Source: Fonticula alba ATCC 38817 (lineage: Eukaryota > Protista > Nucleariida). From it: 50,035 nt of DNA. The stretch lies in assembly GCA_000388065.2 (NCBI GenBank), contig KB932213.1; one strand, written 5' to 3'. Position 1 is the stretch's first letter, and each line of letters starts with the position of its first letter. Positions 10,549 through 22,169 of the stretch are shown here, piece by piece. The notes beneath the pieces are model-generated. The model had not been told where the DNA came from. It was given only the letters and a program-made list of their open reading frames with translations, and did no database searches. The position numbers and the translations under genes are program-made.

Positions 10549-13500
10549 TCACTCGACCGCGTCGGCCAGCTCCAGCAGGCGCAGCAGCGCCGCCACCGAC
10601 GGCCGCCGGGCCGGCTCCGGGTCCCAGCAGTGCTCGACAATGGTCACCAGCGACCGGACCGTCTGCAGGCCGAGATCCAGCCGCAAGTCGCCTTCGGTGA
10701 TGCCCGGCCGGATGCCGCCGCACACGAGGCCGATGACCTCCTGCTGCTGTTGGCCTGTCCGTGCGGGCGGGGTGGCGGAAGAGATCGTGCGCGCGTGGGT
10801 GTGAGGAGGGGGGGAAAAAAGGGAGGAGCGGCGGAGGGCACGCCCCCCGGGGAGCGCGGGCCACGGAGCCCGGGCGCCCGAGCGGCGTGCGCCGGGCCGA
10901 AGCAAGAAGTCGCGGGCGCAGGACGAGGGCAAGGACGAGACACGCACCGCCCCAGGGCTTGCTGGTGGCCAGCATCTCCCACAGAACAATGGACATGGAG
11001 TAGACATCGCACGCGAACAGGTTCGGCGTCGGGTCGCCGGCCCGCCCGGATGACCGGAGGATCTGCCGCGGTGGCGGCAACAGCAGCCGGGACACCGGGC
11101 GACAGTATGGGGGGGGGGGCGGGGGGGGGGGGGGGGGGGGGGGGGGGGAAGGGAAGTGAAGAGCACGCCGGTGTCAGTACCAGGGCACCCCCCCGGGGGC
11201 GACAGGGACCGGGGCCGGGAGCCGCGGGTCCAAAGGAGAGGCAGCACACAAACACCGCCCATGGGGCGTACCTCCGGCGCGGCATATGCCACGCTGCAGC
11301 CGCGCGTCAGAAGCGAGTTCACCAGGGCCGAGCTGCGGTTGATGTTGCGCGCCAGGCCAAAGTCGCCGAGAACCGGCCGGAAGAGCCCGGTTTCCGGGTC
11401 CACCTCCAGGAAGAAGTTCCCCGGCTTGATGTCCAGGTGTGCGAAGCCGGACGAGTGGACGAAGTCCAGCCCGGCGGCTGTGCGCACGGTGGCCGGGGCA
11501 AAAAAAAAGCACTCGGGGGTCAGCGCATGAAAAGAGGGCGAAGAGCGTCCTGTGGCTCGCTCATCCGGTGGCTGCCTCTCCCGTCGGGCCTCCCCCGGGG
11601 CCCGCCCGGTAGGCCGAGGAGGGACCGGAACCGGGGGCCCAGGGAAAGTGGATGGCGAGTGCCCAAAAACGCACCCATGCCCCGGGCCAGCTGCAGGGTC
11701 TGGTTCAGGGAGGGCTCCTCGGGCCGGAGGTGCAGGATCCGATCGAGACTGGTGGAGTACAGCTTCAGCACCATCGCCGGGGGGGACAGCGAGTAGCCGT
11801 GCAGCTGCACGACATTCTGGCATCCATTGAGCGCCCTGCAAGCATGTGTGTCAGGCGGAGGGGGCGGGGCAGGGGAGAGGCACGCGGCAAGACCGGGCAA
11901 TGGCCCCCTACATACCAGATGATGGCCACCTCGTTCTCGATCATGGACCTCATGCGCGAGGGTGACACGCGGCCCTTCTCGTCTGCGAGCAGGGGCGCCA
12001 GCGCGGGAGAGGCGCGAGTCAGTCAAGCATCGCAGGCAGCAAAAGGAGCACAGCAGGCCGGCAGCCGGGGCCTGACGCCGGCACACAAAGAAAGCCCCGG
12101 GGGGGGGGGGGGGGTCCCCAAACAGCCCCACGCACTGGAGAACTGCTTCACGGCCACGGGGCTCGTGCCGGCGCGGGAAATCAGCGACGCCGAGAAGGGA
12201 GTGGCTCGCAGGACGACCGCCTGTGTGCCGCGGCCGACCGGCTCCGCGGTGTGGATAATCTGCACATCCTTCTCCAGGTCCAGCAGCAGGAATCCCGGCA
12301 GGAAGATGTCTGAGCGTGCGTGCCCGGCGCCAGGCAAGCGGGGAGCGGAGTACCAGGTCAGCGGGGGCAGCGGGGGCAGCGGGGACAGGCAGCGGCCGGA
12401 CACCGGCCCCAGCCCGGGGCGGCACGTGCGCACCGATGATTGTGTTGAGGACCGTGTCGTTCTCGTCCTGCAGCAGGAGGGGGGCCGCGCGTCATGTCAG
12501 GGGACCGGAGGGCCTGCCGAAAGGGCGCATGTGCGCGCCGTCGGCGCAAGAGACAGGAGGAGACACCCGCAGGGGGGCGACACGTACGAGCTCCCGCAGG
12601 GCGATGTCATCGCCCGGGATCTTGGGCCGGCGCATGTAGCAGCAGAACCCCACCACAGCGATGGCCGTCACCAGCAGCAGCAGCACCGAGAGGCCCACCG
12701 TCAGGCCGATGACCAACCGGCGCCGGGAGACTGCCATGCGCCCGGGCGCGCGCACACAGACACGCGCACACGCGCAAGGCAAGGCAAAGGGCAGGTAACA
12801 TGTGGGGGTTAGCAAGCGGTCGACAAGGGCACGCCCAGCCGCCTTGTCCCCGCCCGGCAGAGGCAGGCATCCCCACGCCCGGTGGCCGGAAAGGAAGGTG
12901 CAGCAAGGGACCGCAGGCGGGACCGACAGGGAGAGCCAAAGAGAAGGAGAGACCAGCCCAAGGGAAGGGCGGAGGAGGAAAGGAGCGGAGGCCGCCCGGC
13001 CCCCCCCCCCCCCCCCCCCCCCCCCCNNNNNNNNNNNNNNNNNNNNNNNNNNNNNNNNNNNNNNNNNNNNNCCCCCCCCCCCCCCCCCCGCACACGCACC
13101 AGCCTTCTCACATCGCCCGCTGTTTTGAGCACACTCGATGGTCTGCGTGCAATCGGCCGCATCGGGCCCGGTGCACACCATGCACCCCTCGGCACAGGGC
13201 TCGCAGAGGGAGGCGTCGAAGTTGTGGAAGAACATCCCCGGACACTGGGTGACACACCGGTCCGAAGGGCTGGTCGAGGGGGACCCCCCCGGCAGGAGCA
13301 GGGTCCCGGCCCGGCACCGGTCGCACCGGTCCACCCCGGCCGGGCAGTACTCGCAATACTCGACGCAGGGCTGGCACTCATTCGGCCGGGCCTCGTCCAG
13401 CAGGTACCCGGACCCGGGGCAGCTGCCGACACAGCTGAACCCCAGCAGCAGCCAGGGAGCCGGGCAGCTGGTGCATTGCCCCGACCCCGGCCCATGGCAG

Positions 13501-16070
13501 GTGACACACTCCACATGGCAGACCCGGCAGCGGGGGGTCTCGCGCGGGGCCTGCGACCCGGGCCCCGGGGCCCCATCCTCCGGGGCCGGCTCATCCGGCA
13601 CATCGCTGTAGAAGCCCGCCGGGCAGGCCTCCACACAGGCGCCCTCATGCAGCGACCGGCCCTCCGGGCAGGAGGTGCAGTGGGAGGCCGAGCTGCCCCC
13701 GGCGCAGGTGGCACACGTGTCATGGCAGACGATGCACACCCCGGCCTCCTGGTGCTCGTCCCCGGCGCAGGTGCTCACACACAGCCCATGGCGGTCGCGC
13801 AGCAGCAGCCCCTCCGGGCAGCCACGACGCTCTTCCGATCTGGAGGCCGAGCTGCCCCCGGCGCAGGTGGCACACGTGTCATGGCAGACGATGCACACCC
13901 CGGCCTCCTGGTGCTCGTCCCCGGCGCAGGTGCTCACACACAGCCCATGGCGGTCGCGCAGCAGCAGCCCCTCCGGGCAGCTGGTGCAAAAGTCCCGGCC
14001 AAAGGAGCAAGTCGGGCAGCCGGCGCCACAGGCCTGGCACATGCCGGTCAGCACATCGCCATACTGCCCGGCCGGGCAGGCGGCCAGGCAGCGAGCCTGG
14101 TCGGTGTCGGCGTCCGCCAAAAAGTGCCCCTCCATGCAGCCGGTGCACCGGCGCTCGGACAGGGACCCCGGCGCGGTGGCCGGGTCGGACCCGGCTCGCG
14201 GCCCGCACTCGGCGCAGGCCTCCGAGCAGGGGGCACACTGGCGGATGCCGGACCCGGCGCCGGCCCCGGGGGCCGCCACCGCCGCATACCCGGCCGGGCA
14301 TTGGCTCGTGCAGGTGCCCTGGTGCAGCAGCAGCCCCGGCCGGCAGGAGGAACACGCCCCCGGGCCCTGGCACGCGGTGCAGCCCCCGAGACAGGCAATG
14401 CAGGTGCTCCCACTGGCGAAGTACCCCCCGGGGCAGGACTTCAAGCAGGACATCCCGCCGGGCACCGAGCCGGACGCCAGCTCCAGCATCCCCCGACGGC
14501 AGGTGGTGCACGCGTCGTCGGCCGGCCCGGCGCACCGGCTGCAATTGGCCCCGCAAGGGGCGCACTGCCCCGGGGCCTGGAGGAACCACCCGACGGACGA
14601 GCACTCATCCCGGCACTCGCCGGCCTGGAGGACCTGCCTCGGGTCCGAGCAGCTGGTGCACTGGCTGGCCCCGGGCCCGATGCAGGCCGCGCACGACTCG
14701 TGGCACCGGGCGCAATAGGCCCCGGAGGCCATGGTGGCATAGCCCGCCGGGCAGCGGTCCACGCACTCGCTCTCCAGTAGGACCCACGAGTCGTGGCATT
14801 CCAGGCACTCGGACCGGCCGGCCGGCCCGTCGGGCCCCGGCCGGCAGGTGGCACACTCCGGCTCGCATGTGGCGCACTGGGTCGGGTCATTCATGCAGTC
14901 CTGCACACAGGGGCCCCGGTCCAGGGGCGGGCTCACCGGCGGGATGGGCTGCTTGATGAAGAGGTTCTCGGCGCACGCGGTGCACTGGCTGGGCCCGGGC
15001 CCATGGCACTCGAGGCAGCTGCCATGGCACCGGTCACACACCCCGTGCTGGGCGTCCTCCAGCACCCGGCGGAAGAAGCCCCCCGGGCAGGAGTCGACGC
15101 AGTGGCCCGCATGCAGCGACGTTGCCGGGTCGCATTGGCCACATGCCCCGGGCCCGGTGCACACTTCGCACTTGTCATCGCACATTCGACACACCCCGGC
15201 CTGGGCATCCGGGAAGTGGCCATCCGGACAGTCGGCCAGGCACTCGCCCTCCAGCAGCAGCCACCCGGCCTGGCAGGTCCGGCAATCGACCAGCCCCTGG
15301 CAATCGCTGCAGTGCGGCCCGCAGGGGGTACACCGGTCGGCCGGGGCCTGGCCACCGGCGCCCGGGGGCCCCTCGGCGAAGTACCCCCGCGGGCAGGACG
15401 TCTCGCAGGTGGTCCCATCCAGCAGCAGCAGCCCCGGGTTGCAAGCGTCACAGGTGTCGGGGCCGGCGTCGCACCGGGCGCACCCGGCCCGGCAGGCCTC
15501 GCAAATGCCCCGGTTGGAGTAGAACCCGGCCGGGCAGCTTTCCAAGCAAGAGCCCTGGTACAGGTGCCGGCCGCTGGTGCACAGGCCGCACTGGCCGAGG
15601 GGCGGCTGGTCGCACAGGACGCAGCCCTCCTCCGGGCAGGAGCACCCCCGGCGGTTGTCGTCCATCAGATACCCGGGGAAGCACTGGTCGCAGTTGATGG
15701 ACTGGATCCGGCAATTGGGCAGGCCCTTCTGCTGGCAGGTCCACACGATGAAAACCAGCACATGGTAGGGGGCCTCCGGCGGGCACTGTGACAGGCACTT
15801 GCCATTGAGGAAGTAGCACCGGAGGGCCGACATCTTTTCCTCGGTGTCCATGGCCGAGGCCGGGGGCGGGGTCGCCGGGGCCGCCAGGGCGCGCGTGCTG
15901 GCGGAGGGCAGCCGCCTGGCCGCGTCGGGGGATTGGCCGCCGGCCAGCGGCCGGAGGGCCACCGGCAGCCCGGCCCCCGGCCCGGGGAGCAGCATCCCCA
16001 GCAGCACCATCAGGAGGCCCACCAGGGGCAGGAGCCCCGCCCGCGGCAGCAGCCCAGTGCCCGCTCGCAT
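10549..16070 (-). CDS. Receptor-like protein kinase (TKL-like) with furin-like Cys-rich ectodomain; complement(join(10549..10754,10948..11062,11272..11477,11675..11835,11916..11982,12136..12309,12434..12467,12588..12730,13100..16070)); 1358 aa as assembled, ~1305 aa after removing the artefact
   Basis: Signal peptide (MRAGTGLLPRAGLLPLVGLLMVLLGMLL), ~20 CxxC repeats and a TM (LVIGLTVGLSVLLLLVTAIAVVGFCC). Kinase motifs GRGTQAVV, VAVK, IENEV, HLDIKPGN, DFG, APE, DVYSMSIVLWE and CW..EPARRP. Eight GT-AG introns are phase-compatible; total 4077 nt. Confidence 0.92.
13683..13981. repeat. Exact 140-bp direct duplication flanking the adapter (mis-assembly)
   Basis: 13683-13822 is identical to 13842-13981; offset 159 = 140 + 19-nt adapter. 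Confidence 0.93.
13823..13841 (+). other. Illumina adapter contamination (CACGACGCTCTTCCGATCT)
   Basis: Exact match to the 3'-terminal 19 nt of the TruSeq universal/Read 1 adapter; reads SRSEERRG in the minus-strand ORF. Confidence 0.95.
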
Positions 16071-16148
16071 GTGGTTTGTGGCCGCGGCTGCGACGGGGGG
16101 GGGAGGGGGGGAGGGGAGGGCAGGAGGGGAGGGGGAGGCAGGAGGGAA

Positions 16149-16243
<95 letters not shown>
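16149..16243. repeat. ~95-nt poly-G tract (poly-C on the sense strand of the kinase gene)
   Basis: Homopolymer with a single A at 16202, upstream of the acceptor-like site before the kinase ATG. The true length is uncertain. Confidence 0.85.
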
Positions 16244-17789
16244 CTGGCGTGTCTGCGGCCCGGCTCCGGCCCGCCGGGGGTCCCCGAGATCTCCCTGGCG
16301 TTGTCCGGGCCCCTAGTTGGGCGGGGGGGGAGGGGGGGGGGCGCTGGTAGATCGCCCCCAGCGGGCCGGGTTTCCGCCGGGGGACCCTGCCACGGCGGGC
16401 TGGCCGCGGTCGGGCCGGGGACCCCGGGGCGAACGGGGTCTGCCAGAAAAAAGTCCGCGCCCCCCCCCCTCCATGGCTGGGAGGCCGTGCTCTCACGATG
16501 GCCGGGGTCCGATCGGCGCCGGGCGAAAGGAAGATGGCAGGCCAGGCTGGTATATGGGCGGCGGCCACGTTCGCGAGGGGGGGCCGCGCAACTTCGGGTG
16601 CGTGTATGCGCGCGCTTGCGATCGGGTCAGATGCATGCCGGCCCCACCACCGCCCCGGGGCAGATAGACGCACACCCGGGCACAGACATCCAGGCTGCCG
16701 GGATGCGGCCGCCGGGCGGAGGCCCCAGGTGCGCGCGCGCGCGGCCCGGTCGCGCCGAGCGTGCGCCGGGGCGCGGCGAACGGTCCCTGCCATCCTCGCC
16801 CGGGCCCGGGCCCGGGCCCCGCGCACGAGCGTGAAATGCGTGCGTGTGTAAAAATGCGCACGCATGTTATTGTTTTCGCCCACCAGCGAGCCAGGCTCGC
16901 CCCATGGGGGGCCGGGGGCCGGGGGCCGGGGGACGTGGGCCGGCCTCATTTCAAGCGCCAAGGGTGCGCACGCCCGGCATTCCGGCTGGCCGACCCGGGG
17001 TTGCTGGGCGACCCCCGCCGGCTTATTGTCCCGCCGGCCGCGGCGGGTGCGCATGCCCGCGCACACACACACACACACATCGGGTCGGGGGCGGCCGCCC
17101 GGCCGGGTTCCTGAGAACGGCCAACGCGCCAAGGGGACAGGGGGAGATGCCCTGGCCACCCCCCCCCCCCCCTCTCCCCCGGCTGCGGCGTGAGCTCGCG
17201 CACGTCTCTCCCTCATTGATTGCCTTTATTTAGCCGGCGCACGCCCGTGCAAAACCGAATATCCTCACGTACGCACGCCCCGAAAGGCATGGGGGCATGC
17301 GCCCCCCTCGCGCCGCCGGCCAGGCAGCCAGGGCCACCCCGGGCAGCCCTGGCTGGCCGCCGGACAGGGGCCGCCCCGCCCTCCCAACCCCAGGCGCGTC
17401 TCGCGAACGATCCAGCAGGGCCGACCGTCGCCCCTTGCCCCCTCCCCCCTCCTGGCCCTCCCGGACACCGCGCGCGGAGTGATCCCAGTAAGCCAGACAC
17501 ACACACGCACATGAGCATAAATATGTGGGGGGTGCGTGTACGTGTGTGTGTGAGTGTACGTGCAGGCGTACGTGCGTACGTGCGGGCGTACGTGCGCAGG
17601 CGCTCCCCGGCCACCGCAGACCGCCATAATGAGAGCGCGCCCTGGTCCGGCGGAGTGCTCATGCCAGCGCGCGCGTCCCCTGCCCACACCAATGCCCGCG
17701 CCCCCTCACAGGCGGCCGTCACAACGGCCCGTCCTGCGCCCCGTCCGCCGCAGGGTTGTCGGCAGGGTGCCAGTGCGCCGATGCGCGCA

Positions 17790-17791
<2 letters not shown>

Positions 17792-17875
<84 letters not shown>
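17792..17875. repeat. 84-nt poly-C tract
   Basis: Uninterrupted homopolymer. Confidence 0.85.
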
Positions 17876-17876
<1 letters not shown>

Positions 17877-19761
17877 TCCCGGGCCCTGGGCCCCTTCGAT
17901 GCGCACCTCGTCCACGGGCCGCCTTTGCCCCGCCCTCACCCGGGCGCGCACGCCAGAGGCGGACGTTCAGGCGTGGGCGGGCGTCCCAACGGTCGGCCAG
18001 CATCGCCTGGCAGACGCCGGCAACCGCCGCTGTCCCACCCCGGCCACCGGTGCCGCGCGCTCTCCCAGCCCCGGACGGTCAGCAGCCGCGGCAGGGGGCG
18101 CCCAGGCCGCCCCTCCCGATGCCGGCCGGAGCCCGGGGGGGGGGGGCAGCGCCCGCGCCCGCGACAGGCCCAGCTGCCGCAGGACACCGTTGGCATCCCA
18201 CGCCGACACCGCCCGGAGGATCCCGTGAAGGCCCAGATCCGCGCGCTCAGTTAATGCCGCCGGGTCAGCCGGGGAAGAGCGTGTGATCTCCCACCCGGCT
18301 GGCCCGTCCCCGCCCCGGGCCCTGCACAGGCGCGCGCGTGCTTTTCTGCGGACGACGCTCCTGGCGCCCGGGCCCCCGCACACCGCGATCTCCCCATCAG
18401 AGGGCACCGACGTCCGCCGGCCGACGATCGACACAGGGCGCGCGACGCCTGTGCGCGAGAGCGGCGCCCGGCGGCAAGGGGCGCGCGGCCTGGCACTCCC
18501 CCGGCCCCCCTCTCCTGCCCCTGCTCGCCGCCCCGGTGCGTGCACATGTGCCCATGTGGCGGCTTCAATGTGCTGGCTGCCCGGAGGGACTCGGCCCCGG
18601 CGACACCGGCCCTGCGGAGGCCGGCTCCTTGTGGTCTCTCCCGCCCCCGGGGGCCCCCTCCAACCGGGTGGGAGCCCGACAGTCGCAGCAAGACGACACG
18701 GCCCACGCCTGCGGGTGCCCCGGGCGCGGCGGCGTGCGGCGCGCCGGAGTCCCCCCGCCCCAACGCCGATCCGGGGGCCGGACGCCCGGTAGCTGAGGCG
18801 CAGGACGCCGAAGTCCGTGACCCGCGCGGCCGGAGCGGCCCCGTCTGCGAAGCCAGCCCCAGAAGCACGCCCGAGGGCTTGATGGCCCGGTACACAAGCC
18901 CGCCCTGGTGGACCATGCCCAGGCCCAGGACTGGGGCAATGTGGCGTGTGCGGCCCGTGGTGAGGCCCCCCCGCCCCCCGTGAGATGGCGAAACATCGCG
19001 GAGACACCCACTCCCCCGTCTGCTCCGGCTGGTTTGTCCAGCTGCCCGCGAGAGACGCCCGTGCCGAGGCCGGACACCGCTGGCAGGCTGCTCCCCGGCG
19101 GGATGCGTGGCCCGGGGGGGGAGGAGGCCCCGCAAGCAGGTTCGTCGGGCAGAGTGGCATCGGCAGCGCCAGCGGCTCTCGGCGGAGCACCCGAGCAGCG
19201 CCACCGCGAAGGGGGGCCCCAGCTTGCGAGGGGGGATATGCGCCAGGGAAGGAGCGGGCCCCTTTCCCTTGCCCCCGTGAGCACATCGCGGGAAGGCCGC
19301 ACCAGTGCAGGACACACCCGGCATGCGAGTCCCCCAGCCGAGGGGGGGGGGGGGGGGGGGGGGCATCGGGACAGCACGCGGCGCACCCCATGTCGGCCGC
19401 CTCATTCTCGAGGGCCGCATCCGGGTGCCTTTCGCGCGGGGGCTGCTCGCACGCCGGCGCGCCATCGGCGTGAGCCCCACGAGGTGGCAGGACACCACCC
19501 GCGAGACGGGCGGGGGAAAGGCACCCCCCGCCTAACCACGGGCCGGTCGCGCCATTCGGCTGCCTGCGTACGACGTCACGCCCGGCCGCCGGCTGCCGCA
19601 TCCCACTCGAGCCGCATGTGCGCGCGCATGGCCAGGGCTTGGGCCGCAAAGGGGGGCAGGGCAGACGACGCGAGAACCACCGACATGCGTGGGGCCATGC
19701 CACACAACGGGGAACGCCGCCTGGCCAGGCAGGAGACCCGAGGCAGAGCGGGAGCGAGGGA

Positions 19762-19788
19762 GTGTGTGTGTGTGTGTGTGTGTGTGTG
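19762..19788. repeat. (GT)n microsatellite
   Basis: Dinucleotide run within the pseudogene region. Confidence 0.9.
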
Positions 19789-20626
19789 GCCAGGAAGAAA
19801 GGGGGTAGGGCGGGAGCCGCGGCCGCAGCGGAGTGCTGAGGATGGTCCGGTTTTCGCCCGCAGTGATGGCCGGCCCCCGCGCGATAGCCACCAACACCGG
19901 ACCGCCGCTGTCCGGAGCACCGCCAGGAGTGGCACAGCCCTGGCCAGACCCCCGACGCTCGTGCCCACCCCTGCGACCATCTGCCGCGGAGGGGGGGGGG
20001 GGGGAGGCACTGTCGGAGAGGCCATCGGCACACTGAGCAGGGGGGAACGGGCGGCGGCGCAGGCTGGCGCGAGAGGGAGAGCGCCCGAGAAAGAGCAACG
20101 CCATGACGCACCCGCGCCCGAGACATCATCGACAGGGGCCTGGCATGGGCAGGGGGAAGGAGGGGGGCGGGGGCGTCGCACTCCCGGCACTCTCGGGCTC
20201 TGGGTGGCCCGGCGAGGTGTCCAGCTGGCCAGACACCGGCGCGGCGGGGTGCCAGTCCGGCATCGGCCACGCCCCGGCAGCCGGTGCACCAGGCCGCCGC
20301 CGGGCCATCGCGCCGCATGCGGGGTGGCATTCTTGACGCGTGTGCCACTCGGCTGGGGCCTGGCGCTGTCGCTGTCGCTGATGCTGCTGATGCAAATGCT
20401 GCTCATGGCGCTGATGCTGCTAGCTTGAGTCCTGCCCAGGCGGGTCGGCCGCCGCAAGACTGTAACAGCCCCTGGGGCGGGGCTCCGCCCAGGCACTCCG
20501 GCGCAATGGCCGGCCAGCCGGGCAAGCGGTGCACTCGAAAGACGAGCTGCCCTCGACACAGGCGAGGCATGTGCCATGGCACCGGACGCAGTGCCGGGCC
20601 TCGTGGCGCTCACCGGCGTCGCGGGC

Positions 20627-20628
<2 letters not shown>

Positions 20629-20664
<36 letters not shown>
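20629..20664. repeat. (CA)18 microsatellite inside the former coding exon of the pseudogene
   Basis: Reads [13 protein letters not shown] on the minus strand where the intact paralogue has LCVSTC. Confidence 0.9.
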
Positions 20665-20666
<2 letters not shown>

Positions 20667-21421
20667 CCAACTTGGCCGCGTGGGAGCAGCCCCACCGGGC
20701 AGCTGGTGCAAAAGCCCCTCTGGAAGGAGCATGTCCAGCAGCCGGCCGACACACATGCCGGGGGCCAGATCGCCATGCAGCCGACGCGCCGCCGGCCGCG
20801 GGGGAGGGCATTGGCCCTGTTGGCCGGGCACTTCGCACGGTCGGCTGGACAGGGCAGGCACTCGGCCAAGCCGGTGTCCCGGGCAAGGCCCCTCCGGCCG
20901 GCCTGTGGCAAGTGGCACCGGCGCCCGGGCAGCAGCCCACACACCGGGCCCCACCATGGGAGGGCCCCGCCGGGCAGGCAGGCCAGACCCCGATGGGCCC
21001 CGATGCATCGACCAGAGGCAGCATGGCAGCATGGCAGCGGACACAGCGGCCGCCGGGTCAAGCATCGGGCACCGGCCAGGCAGGCAGCGGACACGGGGCC
21101 GGCGCTGCCCAGCCAGCAGGGCCCCCACCCGGCGGCCGCTGTGTCCGCGCACCGGCTCCGGAGATTGATGCAACCCGGCACACACACGTGCCCCGCGGGC
21201 GAGCCAGCCCCACCGGCAGGGTGGGCTGCTGGATGACCGGCCCCCAAGGGGGCCGGATGTGCACATGTCGGCCTTGGGGCCGGTGCATGTGGCGCAGCCC
21301 GGCAAGCAGCGGCCACGGTGGCCCTCAAACACGAAGTGTCCCGCCGGGCGGGCCCCCGCACGGCGGCCCAGCAGCAAGACCAGCCCGTCGCCAGCGACCC
21401 GGCACTCGGGTCCCAGGCCAC

Positions 21422-21452
<31 letters not shown>

Positions 21453-22097
21453 AGCAGGGAGAGGCGTCCGGCTGGCCACACGACGCCCCCCGGCCATCCA
21501 GCCATACATGCACGCCCCCGGCGCCAAGCCGCCGCACCGCGGCCGACAGACCGCATCCACGCCAGCCACCGTCAGGCTGAGGACCCCGTTGCATGGCCGG
21601 CGCTCGCCGTTGGGGAAGTGCCCCGGGCAGCTTGCGATCGCCGCGGCCAGGCGCGCGCCGGCCATGCGGCAGGGGAACACCGACGCCGGCAGCGGCAGCA
21701 GCAGCGGCGTCCATGGCATCCGGGCTGCCGGCATGGCGCCCCGCACGCGCCTGGCCAAGTGACCACCACCACGAAGCGGCCGCCCCGGAGAACAGAAGGC
21801 CAAAGCAAGACGGAGCCGGCAGAGCGAGAAGGAGGTGGCCGAGCGAGGGGAGGATGGGGGAACAGTGGAGGAATGCCGCCACCGGCGGCGGGCGCCGGCC
21901 GGTGCCCCGGCCGCCCAAATGGGCCGGCGACTTTCCCGCCGGGGGAGTCGGGCCCGGGCCGTCCCCGCCCGCGCGGCCGGGCCGCAGCCGGGCCGCGCCC
22001 GGCTCGCGATCGGGCCCCAGGGCGGGGCGGATCCCCGCGACACGGCCGGGCGCAAGTCCCAACGGACAAATGTCGTGCGCGAGGATCCCCTCTCACA

Positions 22098-22169
22098 AGC
22101 GACTTGGCGCAGGGGAAGCGTGTTGGGCTCATAACCCAAAGGTCGGTGGATCGAAACCACCAGTCGCTA
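22098..22169 (+). tRNA. trnM-CAT (initiator): Initiator tRNA-Met (CAT)
   Basis: AGCGACT...TTGGG-CT[CAT]AA-CCCAA...GGTGG-ATCGAAA-CCACC-AGTCGCT-A; 72 nt. Eukaryotic initiator hallmarks: A1:U72, three G:C pairs in the anticodon stem, A54 and A60. T4 at 22177-22180. Confidence 0.96.

Larger units (their letters stand above)
17967..21734 (-). pseudogene. Frameshifted pseudogene of a furin-repeat receptor kinase, tandem paralogue of the 10549-16070 gene
   Basis: Homologous blocks lie in different frames. VIQQPTLPVGLARPRGTCV matches FIKQPIPPVSPPLDRGPCV; GCWTCSFQRGFCTSCPVGLL matches GCPTCSFGRDFCTSCPEGLL; LENEAADMG|gt matches IENEVAIIW|gt (same phase-2 intron). The catalytic loop has decayed to YRAIKPSG and is out of frame with DFG (18807-18815). 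DLGL..WD is near the C-terminus. Boundaries are approximate. Confidence 0.85.

Noticed and set aside
18273-18283. Other adapter-like words (GGAAGAGCGT here, GAAGAGCGTC near 11541)
   Set aside because: Matches of 10 nt or less without the AGATC core or a flanking duplication; consistent with chance.
20351-20428. Plus-strand hydrophobic stretch LGWGLALSLSLMLLMQMLLMALMLLA as a membrane peptide gene
   Set aside because: It is the antisense reading of a decayed AGC-rich Ser linker of the minus-strand pseudogene.
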